Source: a virus
Taxonomy: Duplodnaviria > Caudoviricetes
Strand: one strand, 5' to 3'
DNA length: 45,571 nt
IMG/VR virus record: IMGVR_UViG_3300048578_000448
Coordinates: 1 to 45,571 of that record
Shown here: positions 1 through 7,151 of the stretch, in pieces
Position numbering within the stretch: the stretch's first letter is position 1
Layout of the letters: the number at the start of each line of letters is the position of its first letter
Program-made: the position numbers and the translations under genes
The notes under the pieces: generated by a model
The model's input: only the letters and a program-made list of their open reading frames with translations
The model's database searches: none
Told to the model about the DNA's origin: nothing

Positions 1-387
1 TTAAGCTACGTTCAAGGGGGGTTGAGGGGCGGTCTGATCGACCCGCGCTGACTGCAACCGCAAGGTACCCTCCAGCAGCTCGACCAGGCGCGCTTGGTTC
101 GCCAACATTGACCCCATCCACCACATTAGGAGCGCCACCACCAGGCCGGACAATCCGGCGCCCGCAGCGATCATCATTTGCTGTTGCTGTGCAGCTTCCG
201 ACAGCAGGGTTGGGCAAGATCGAGGTGTCCGCCCTTCCAGCTGATCGGTGCCCTGGGCGATGACGCAGGCTGAAGTCTCCAACAAATACTCGGTCGTTTG
301 AGGCTGTGGCCAGAGGTGAGCCCCACCCGCCAGGCCGGCCAGCAATGCGACGATCGCCAGCAGCTTCAGAGACTGTGCGAAGAACAT
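1..387 (-). CDS. Hypothetical membrane protein (two hydrophobic segments)
   Basis: ATG at 387 preceded by GGAGGAG; N-terminal LLAIVALLAGLAGG and second TM segment AGLSGLVVALLMWW. Confidence 0.6.
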   Translation of the reverse strand: MFFAQSLKLLAIVALLAGLAGGAHLWPQPQTTEYLLETSACVIAQGTDQLEGRTPRSCPTLLSEAAQQQQMMIAAGAGLSGLVVALLMWWMGSMLANQARLVELLEGTLRLQSARVDQTAPQPPLNVA

Positions 388-443
388 GGTGGACTCCTCC
401 CCGGTTGTAAGGGCGCCAGGATAGCCACCAGGGCGCGTGGCGA

Positions 444-854
444 TCAACACCAGCCCGCGCGCTTGCCGCCGTCGTAGGGCCGCCCCAGGCCCATCAGAAT
501 GAGGGTGCGGGCCAGATCGCGCCCGCCGAGGAGAACCCGGGCGTCAACCCGCCCGCCATACTTGTCCCATTTGACCTCCCGGAACTCGATCGGCTGGCCT
601 GCCTTGATGGCCGTGGCGACCAGTCGCTTGGCCTCCGCCTTGGCACGTTCCCCGCGCACCCGTTCCGAGGTGCAGGCGGCTCGGCTGCCGGTCTCCGGGG
701 TGTTAATACCCCGGAGCCGAACGCCAATAGGATTCAGCTCGGCCGGAAGGCCCGGGATCGTCACCTTGATGGTGTCGCCATCCGTCACCTCCAATACCTC
801 CCAGCGGTAGGTAGCCGGGGCGTCCGCGATGGCCGGCCGGACGACGCTGAACAT
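444..854 (-). CDS. Thermonuclease (SNase-like) family nuclease; start uncertain
   Basis: Motifs VTDGDT, VRLRGINTPE, DKYGGRVDA and C-terminal YDGGKRAGWC. The upstream part of the 237-aa ORF overlaps another gene. Confidence 0.85.
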   Translation of the reverse strand: MFSVVRPAIADAPATYRWEVLEVTDGDTIKVTIPGLPAELNPIGVRLRGINTPETGSRAACTSERVRGERAKAEAKRLVATAIKAGQPIEFREVKWDKYGGRVDARVLLGGRDLARTLILMGLGRPYDGGKRAGWC

Positions 855-923
855 CGCCACCGCCGCCAGTGCAACCCGACATGCGCTCTCGAACCCCTGC
901 CGTCTCTTTGCTATGTCGGACAG

Positions 924-1151
924 ATGCCGCCGACAAAGATATCGCAACTTAGAGATCACATGACCGCCGGCCGCTGGCGTGATGCCCTGCGCATTGCCGC
1001 TCGCTTCCCGCGCCTCGGCGAGATCCGCAACGCCGTGCTTGATGCCCACGGGGCTTTCAATCACCCGTCGTTCTATCGGCAGATCGGTCGCGACCCCGAT
1101 ACCTTGATCGAGGCCGGCAAGCGGGCGCTTCAAGCCCAATACGGCCGCTAA
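924..1151 (+). CDS. Small hypothetical phage protein (75 aa)
   Basis: Protein-like helical sequence; fits between nuclease and methylase, with convergent stops 2 nt apart. Confidence 0.7.
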   Translation: MPPTKISQLRDHMTAGRWRDALRIAARFPRLGEIRNAVLDAHGAFNHPSFYRQIGRDPDTLIEAGKRALQAQYGR

Positions 1152-1153
1152 CC

Positions 1154-2137
1154 TCATAGCACCTCCCGAACGTCAACAGGGCCGATCGCCTCGGCGGCGC
1201 GGCGCGCGTCACCTTTGAGGAAGACCAGCAGGTTTTGGTGGGTCTTGCCGAGCTTCCGCGTCGGCCGAAACATCTTGTCGGCTCGCACCGGCAGGCTGCC
1301 CGCCGTCGTCACCAATACAGCGTCGTTGTAGAACGCCAGGCCGAGCGCACGGCCGATGCCGATGCAATCGGCAATGAAGCCTCGATAGTGTCCTTTCCGG
1401 TCGCGAAAATCACCCACCACCAGGCAGAGGAACCGATCGTCGCGCAAGCGCCGTGCGGCACCCTCCAGAGCGGCCTTCAGGCCGTCGAGGAAAGCGGGAT
1501 AGGTCATGTTCGACAAGTCCCCCGCGCGCTTGCTGTACCGCTCCAGATCGCCATAGGGAGGGCAAGTGAAAACGAGATCGGCTTGTACCCTGCCAATATG
1601 CTGGCCGATGAAGCGCGCATCACCAATGTGCCAATCTGGCCGGTGCATGAGGCGCCCCTTGATCGATCGCAGCACACGCTGGTTCGCCTTGATCTGCTCG
1701 GGCCGAAGATCGATGCCGACATAGCGTCGACCGAGGGCACCGGCGACGATGCCGCGAACGGCACCACCGGCGAAGGGATCGAGCACCAGGCCGCCAGGCG
1801 GTGAGAACCAGCGATAGACGATCTCGGCCAGCACCGGATCGAACAGGCTGGTGCCCTGCATCTTGACCGCGCCTGGTTGCAGGCGGGCGAACTCAGGCCA
1901 ATCGAGACTGCGACCAAGTTCCAGCTCCATTGCCGTCTTCGCCTTGTACGACGCTGGCGGCTGACAAGACGGCTCAAAGATCAATTGCGACTTTCGCCCC
2001 GTCGGTCCATCGAGCCCGCGCGCCAGCCAGGTCCGCTTGCGTTCCTGCCACCACCCGTCGCGAGAACTCAGAACTGAAAACGGCGAGACGAAATGCTTAT
2101 CCGCCAGTGTCCCCAGCGGTCGAATCGGTTTGGTCAT
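1154..2137 (-). CDS. Amino (N4-C/N6-A) DNA methyltransferase at the Mu mom position
   Basis: SAM-binding motif LDPFAGG followed by catalytic FTCPPY; start MTKPIR overlaps the 3' end of com. Confidence 0.85.
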   Translation of the reverse strand: MTKPIRPLGTLADKHFVSPFSVLSSRDGWWQERKRTWLARGLDGPTGRKSQLIFEPSCQPPASYKAKTAMELELGRSLDWPEFARLQPGAVKMQGTSLFDPVLAEIVYRWFSPPGGLVLDPFAGGAVRGIVAGALGRRYVGIDLRPEQIKANQRVLRSIKGRLMHRPDWHIGDARFIGQHIGRVQADLVFTCPPYGDLERYSKRAGDLSNMTYPAFLDGLKAALEGAARRLRDDRFLCLVVGDFRDRKGHYRGFIADCIGIGRALGLAFYNDAVLVTTAGSLPVRADKMFRPTRKLGKTHQNLLVFLKGDARRAAEAIGPVDVREVL

Positions 2138-2303
2138 GACAATCCCCGGATGGCGCTTCGGTGCGCTCTGTCTCGGGGGTCTGGCCTCTCCGAATGTTGT
2201 TGATCGTGCCGCAACGTCGGCACTTGATTTCGATTTCTGTGACGTTCCTCGAACGTACACGGAACAAGAGAGCACGGCAACGGCCGCAGCGTATCGACTC
2301 CAT
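2097..2303 (-). CDS. com: Com-family zinc-ribbon translational regulator
   Basis: MESIRCGRCRALL...IEIKCRRCGTIN (two CxxC pairs) directly upstream of and overlapping a DNA modification gene, as in Mu com-mom. Confidence 0.9.
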   Translation of the reverse strand: MESIRCGRCRALLFRVRSRNVTEIEIKCRRCGTINNIRRGQTPETERTEAPSGDCHDQTDSTAGDTGG

Positions 2304-2342
2304 TGTGATTCGCACTTACCAATGGCCCGCCCCTGCAGGGGT

Positions 2343-2425
2343 GGCGGGACGGCCGCGATCGGCCGGTTGCGATCGTGCGAGTGACAGCTCGCGGTTCGGG
2401 CTGTTGACGCAGCCCTGCCCCCGCC
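2343..2425. ncRNA. Candidate cloverleaf-like structured RNA upstream of com
   Basis: Closing stem GGCGGG/CCCGCC with three internal hairpins: CGGCCG/CGGCCG, GCGAG/CTCGC, GGGCTG/CAGCCC. Confidence 0.45.
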
Positions 2426-2445
2426 GGCCGATGCCGGCGCGGTAA

Positions 2446-2637
2446 TCATGATTCCTTTGCCGCGCCGGCTTTCGGTGTGTCAGGGATGCAACCCAGTGCC
2501 GACATGATCACATCCGCCGCCACCAATGCCGGCGACGTGCCGCGCTTGCGGTTGTCGTCGATATGCGTGACCACCTTCTTCACCGTGATGCCCTTGCCGT
2601 CTTTCCGGTCGCTCACCGTGATCGTGACGCGTGCCAT
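2446..2637 (-). CDS. Hypothetical protein
   Basis: 63-aa ORF translationally coupled (TGATG) to the upstream tail gene. Confidence 0.6.
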   Translation of the reverse strand: MARVTITVSDRKDGKGITVKKVVTHIDDNRKRGTSPALVAADVIMSALGCIPDTPKAGAAKES

Positions 2638-3437
2638 CAGAGCCTCTCCTCGATTTCAAAACGTCTTGAACGCAGATTGACCTGGCGCCGCGTGTTGCCG
2701 CCCAGCGCCGTCAGGGTGCCGAAGATGGCATCGTGGTTGCGGTAGCCATCGGGCGCCAACGGCACGACCAGCATATTGTGGAGCCGGCCGGCGCGGAGAT
2801 CGATCTGGGCGATTTGGTTGTATCGCTCGGCGTCGGTGAGGTTGTCGAAAGACCATTGATGGATGCGCGGCCGTTCGTACTCCACGCCGTATTTTTGGCC
2901 GCCTTCGGAATAATTGGGCTGCTTCTCGTCCCGGAGGCCATCCATGGCGCCCCATGACCGCTCGAATGCCGGCTGCCAAGCGTCACCGACCCAGGCCGCA
3001 CCGACCTCGACGAAATTCTCACCTGTCGCAAGCGACGCATCGCTCAAATCGATCTTCACGAAGCGAGCATTGATCGCGGCCGGCAGCAGATAGATCGCCT
3101 GAGAAATATCGCGATCGAGGACGTTGTTGACGACCACCGCACCCATGGCGGCGTCGCCGCTGTCGTGAAGGTCGCCGGCATGGGCGGCGCTCGATGACAG
3201 ACGAATGCGCCAGGTGGCGGCTGAAGACTGATTGCACCCATGCACACCGAACAACCGGCACGGCTTGGCGACACCCAGATCAGCGGTGATATAGGCGGCC
3301 GTGCCCGGCCCACTGCGCCAGCGCGTCGAGAGGTGATCGACGACCAGGTTGCTGGCCGCGTTGTCGCCGGCCACCGACGACGCCGCGAGGGTCGCGGCCT
3401 TCAGATAATTGATCCAGGAAATCGACGTCCGGTCCAT
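2637..3437 (-). CDS. Putative tail tip/distal tail protein
   Basis: 266 aa, last large gene of the tail operon; beta-rich discoidin-like N-part (WRSGPG...ARFVKIDL). Confidence 0.6.
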   Translation of the reverse strand: MDRTSISWINYLKAATLAASSVAGDNAASNLVVDHLSTRWRSGPGTAAYITADLGVAKPCRLFGVHGCNQSSAATWRIRLSSSAAHAGDLHDSGDAAMGAVVVNNVLDRDISQAIYLLPAAINARFVKIDLSDASLATGENFVEVGAAWVGDAWQPAFERSWGAMDGLRDEKQPNYSEGGQKYGVEYERPRIHQWSFDNLTDAERYNQIAQIDLRAGRLHNMLVVPLAPDGYRNHDAIFGTLTALGGNTRRQVNLRSRRFEIEERL

Positions 3438-3441
3438 CGCG

Positions 3442-5013
3442 TCACCACATGACTGTCAGCGCGCTGGTGTGTGTTTGAAGATCCAGCTCGCGGCCAACCA
3501 CCAGCACGCTGCGGCCGCCGAGCAACCCATAGCGCCGATGCCCCAGGCGGATCACGTCGTTGAGTTCGGCAAGATACCCCTGCGTCTGAAAACGCACCCG
3601 CGCCAGCGAGGTCATATGTCCGAAATAGCTCATGATCGTTTGACCCAGATTCGTGGCGTCGGCGGTTTCATCGAAAAGCGAGTCGACATAGATGTCCTGG
3701 GCGCCCGGATGCCGGATCTGCACCGCCGCGTTGAAGACGGGCGGCGCGTTGAGCTGCCGCGAGATCAAATACTGATATCGCTCCGGCTGGGTCTCGATGA
3801 TCTGACCGGGGATGTCCTCCGGCACCAACTGGGCCCAGTTCGGCCGATAGCCGACGGCGATGCGATAATAGGGCGGGTTGAGATTGTCCGGCACGTTGAC
3901 GCGGCCGATCTCCAGAATGTCGTTCGCATCCATCGTCATGACCGGCCGCACCGCGCGCGGACCCGTCAACGACCCCAAGGCCAGTGAGCCGACGCGGATC
4001 TTGCCGAGGCGCCCCTGATACATGAAACCCAGCACCGGGCCGAGCAGCCGATTGAGGATCTGCACGGCGCTGGTGGGCTGCGGCTCGACATAGATGCCGG
4101 CCACACCGGGCCAGGCGACATCGAGGGCGGTGAAGCTCGCACCATCCATCTGGCCGTCGTTGAGGCCAAGGCGATCGCGCAGGATGCGATAAACAATGGC
4201 GGCCGTCGTCATGGGGGCTATGCCCCATTTCTTGCACCCAATGACGTCGGCCGAAACACTGCCGTCGACGGCGGCGCCTAAGCGCACATAGCCGCCCGAG
4301 TTCTGGGTGGCATAGAAGCCCGGTGCCGGCGCCGCCAGCATGATGTCGGCGACGTCGCCAGCCGGCGTCAGCGGGGCGCCCATGGCCGAGCAGCTCAATA
4401 CGCCACCGGCCGGCCCATCATGATACTGATAGATGAGCCGCACCGGGTCGACCAGCTGCAGCGGCACATTGCGGTTCCGGCCGAAACACTCCGGCTTCGG
4501 CGTGCCGAGAAGATCCGCGGTGCCATCGGTGCCGCCCGTGCCACCGTAGAAGTTCTTCTGGATCGGCTTGTCGAGGCCCCACACCAGGTCGCGCAGATCC
4601 AGCTCGACACGCGTCGGATCGGCAATGCGCCAGCCACCAGCGGTACCTTTGAACAGCGTTTGAAACTGCGCGCCGTCGAAGCGCGGATGGCCCACCATGA
4701 CCTCGACGTCGCGACCGTCGATCGCCATTTCCGAAACCATGACGTCAATGCCGCCATCGGCATTGTGCAGCGACAGATTGCCCGAGATCGGCATGACCCG
4801 CTGCTGGTCGAGCGGCGAGATCGGAATGGACTGCGCCAGGCTAAGGCCCTGCTCGACGCGCGGCGCAAAGTGCTTGTTGGGCCAGCGGGTGTCACCGGGA
4901 AAGAACGTGATGCCCCGGTCGGAGAAGAAGAACGGCGCCGGCCCGGCAAAGCCCGTGGGCAGCGTCCCGATATCGGCGATCGCGGTTGAGCCAATCGGCC
5001 AGGCCCCAATCAT
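3442..5013 (-). CDS. Putative tail tip/hub protein (523 aa)
   Basis: Start MIGAWP at 5013 with GGAGG SD and ATGA overlap; motif YGGTGGTDG..L.G.PKP.CFG..RNVP typical of alphaproteobacterial prophage tail proteins. Confidence 0.7.
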   Translation of the reverse strand: MIGAWPIGSTAIADIGTLPTGFAGPAPFFFSDRGITFFPGDTRWPNKHFAPRVEQGLSLAQSIPISPLDQQRVMPISGNLSLHNADGGIDVMVSEMAIDGRDVEVMVGHPRFDGAQFQTLFKGTAGGWRIADPTRVELDLRDLVWGLDKPIQKNFYGGTGGTDGTADLLGTPKPECFGRNRNVPLQLVDPVRLIYQYHDGPAGGVLSCSAMGAPLTPAGDVADIMLAAPAPGFYATQNSGGYVRLGAAVDGSVSADVIGCKKWGIAPMTTAAIVYRILRDRLGLNDGQMDGASFTALDVAWPGVAGIYVEPQPTSAVQILNRLLGPVLGFMYQGRLGKIRVGSLALGSLTGPRAVRPVMTMDANDILEIGRVNVPDNLNPPYYRIAVGYRPNWAQLVPEDIPGQIIETQPERYQYLISRQLNAPPVFNAAVQIRHPGAQDIYVDSLFDETADATNLGQTIMSYFGHMTSLARVRFQTQGYLAELNDVIRLGHRRYGLLGGRSVLVVGRELDLQTHTSALTVMW

Positions 5014-6080
5014 GACTGCACCTCCTGCGTGAAGGGCGTCAGGACCACCAGCGTCACGACATTGATGACCGCCTGGCGTTGCAGCAGGGTGAAGTCCGGC
5101 ACTACTTCCACAGGCGGCAGGATGGCGTCGGCGATTGCCAGATCCGCGATCGGCGCCGCCACCCGCTGTGGCGGAATGACCTCGACGTAACCGCCACCCG
5201 CCCATCCGTCGGCCGCCTCGATCGCGGCACCGACGGCGCTCACGGTGAGGCTGGCAAGGCCCGCCACCACGTCCTCGGCTTCGCCCGCTGCGCCCGTACC
5301 GCCGATGATGTAAGAAGCGATACCGGCGACCACGTCTTCGGCCTCTGTCGCGGCACCAGCACCTTTCAGGAATTCGCGGATGCGCAGGAAGATGCCAGGG
5401 CCACGCACGTTGGTCGTTGTGCCGGTAGCCGTGGCGGTGATGGTGGGCACATTGGTCGACTGGCCGGAGCTGGCGATCGCGCGGATGAGGTAGCCGCCAA
5501 GATCGTTGCCGTTTGCCGTGTCCGGCTCGCCGATCTCGGTAATCGAGCCATAGGTGACACCCGGATGGCTGATGGCGTGGGCGCTGAACTGTGCCGGCGT
5601 CGTGACGTCGGTCGGAATGCACATCGCGGCCACGATGGCGTCACCGGCTTTCACATCTGGATCCGCGCCGAAGGCGATCGACACGTTGCCGGCCGTGCTG
5701 TCGCTGCCCAGCACCATGACGATATCGTAGCCGTTGCCGTCGCTGGCGACATGAACCGGGCAGCACCAAACGACGTCGCTCGTCGTCATGTTGACGGTGA
5801 CGTTCCCGCTCTCCGCGCCCGTCACGTCGTCCTTGGACAGGATGAAGAGGTTCGTGTTGCCGGTATCGACACCGATGGTGGCACCGTAGCCGCCCTGACC
5901 GGTATGCGACGCCTGCAGGGTGAACCCGCTCGGCACCGTGACGCCGCCGCTATTCGCGGTCGACGGCTTCTGGCCAATGACCAGAAACAGCGCATCGCCC
6001 GCCGACATGGCCGGATAGGTGAAGGTGAACGACGTCGTGCCGTAAACGATCGTTGGCGATGTCGGGAAGGTAATGGCCAC
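5010..6080 (-). CDS. Putative virion structural protein with short internal repeats
   Basis: Thr/Gly/Ala-rich 356 aa in tail operon; repeated GAAxEAEDVVAG. Confidence 0.65.
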   Translation of the reverse strand: MAITFPTSPTIVYGTTSFTFTYPAMSAGDALFLVIGQKPSTANSGGVTVPSGFTLQASHTGQGGYGATIGVDTGNTNLFILSKDDVTGAESGNVTVNMTTSDVVWCCPVHVASDGNGYDIVMVLGSDSTAGNVSIAFGADPDVKAGDAIVAAMCIPTDVTTPAQFSAHAISHPGVTYGSITEIGEPDTANGNDLGGYLIRAIASSGQSTNVPTITATATGTTTNVRGPGIFLRIREFLKGAGAATEAEDVVAGIASYIIGGTGAAGEAEDVVAGLASLTVSAVGAAIEAADGWAGGGYVEVIPPQRVAAPIADLAIADAILPPVEVVPDFTLLQRQAVINVVTLVVLTPFTQEVQS

Positions 6081-6089
6081 GGCGGCGGA

Positions 6090-6470
6090 TCAGGCGTGCG
6101 TGATGGAGAGGCTGCTGATTTGCACCTTCAAACCGGCCGTGATGTTGACGCTACCCATCACGATATCCGTCAAGCTGGTGCCAACGCTGAGACCTTGTGT
6201 CTTAACGACGCCGGCAGCGTTCTTGACCCGAGCGACGGCCGCCACACCGGTATTGTCCGCCAGAGCGTCTTCAAGTGGCGGCGTCGTGTTGAAGGTCAGC
6301 ACCGACCCGACGACCGAACCGCACGGATAGGCAAGCGGCAAGGTGGCGAGGACGGCGGCATAAGCCGCACTGCAGATCTCGATATAGGCGCCCGGGCCGG
6401 CGGCATCGATGGCGTCCTTCACCGCCGTCATGCGCGTGGTCTTGATATCGGCGCTATAAGTCGCGGGCAT
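6090..6470 (-). CDS. Putative tail structural protein
   Basis: 126 aa, beta-rich, ends ISSLSITHA; position in tail operon. Confidence 0.65.
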   Translation of the reverse strand: MPATYSADIKTTRMTAVKDAIDAAGPGAYIEICSAAYAAVLATLPLAYPCGSVVGSVLTFNTTPPLEDALADNTGVAAVARVKNAAGVVKTQGLSVGTSLTDIVMGSVNITAGLKVQISSLSITHA

Positions 6471-6473
6471 CTT

Positions 6474-7151
6474 TTACTCCTCTCCGGCCCAGCCGGTCTC
6501 GATGTCATAAGCCTCGATCGCCGCCACATCGGTGAGCGCCCGAATATGATCGATATGGCCCCAGGCGACGTCGCGCAGGCGCTCATACTCGTGGGCGGCC
6601 CACAGGCCGAGGGCCAGCATGTGATCCGGCGTCGGCAGCTGATACCAAGTGTTGTCGGCCATCCGCCAACCCTTCTCGATCATGCGCGCCGGCCAGGCAA
6701 TCGCACCGTTCGACGCCTTGACGACGGATGCCTGCAGGGCCGTGTCGCTGATGAGGTCTTTGGATTCCTTGTCGAGCTGCAGGAGCCGGCCACCGGCCAT
6801 CGGACACGGCCGGTGCATCAGCTCGCTCTCCCGACGTCCCTTGATCAAGGCGACCTTCTGTTCCTGCAGCCTACCGACGATGGCCGCTGTCTCTTCAGGA
6901 GAGAGATCGCGAAGAACATAGTGCTCGCGGACCACGCCCTGCAGGATGACGAAAGTGGACTCGACGATCGCGAACTGACGCGGATCGGGCTGCGGATCCG
7001 TAACCAGCGGCCGGATATCGAGACCCGCCTCCCACTGCTCTTCGCGGCTCCAACGGAAGACGTCGGCCGGGAACTGCACGTCGTTGTGGGTAAAGGCTTC
7101 GGGCGCACGAAAGACGCGCTGCTCCTCGGCGCTGATGATAAGCATGAACAT
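6474..7151 (-). CDS. Tail fibre-associated protein (DUF4376-like C-terminus)
   Basis: WRMADN motif and C-terminal AIEAYDIETGW; directly follows the fibre gene. Confidence 0.65.
   Translation of the reverse strand: MFMLIISAEEQRVFRAPEAFTHNDVQFPADVFRWSREEQWEAGLDIRPLVTDPQPDPRQFAIVESTFVILQGVVREHYVLRDLSPEETAAIVGRLQEQKVALIKGRRESELMHRPCPMAGGRLLQLDKESKDLISDTALQASVVKASNGAIAWPARMIEKGWRMADNTWYQLPTPDHMLALGLWAAHEYERLRDVAWGHIDHIRALTDVAAIEAYDIETGWAGEE

Noticed and set aside
2332-2347. Degenerate late-activator box upstream of com
   Set aside because: Only 11/16 match, dyad broken, and too close to the start codon.
6269-6280. CTTCAAGTGGCG match to the end-repeat core
   Set aside because: Isolated, inside a coding sequence and lacking the ACTCYAG half; likely chance.
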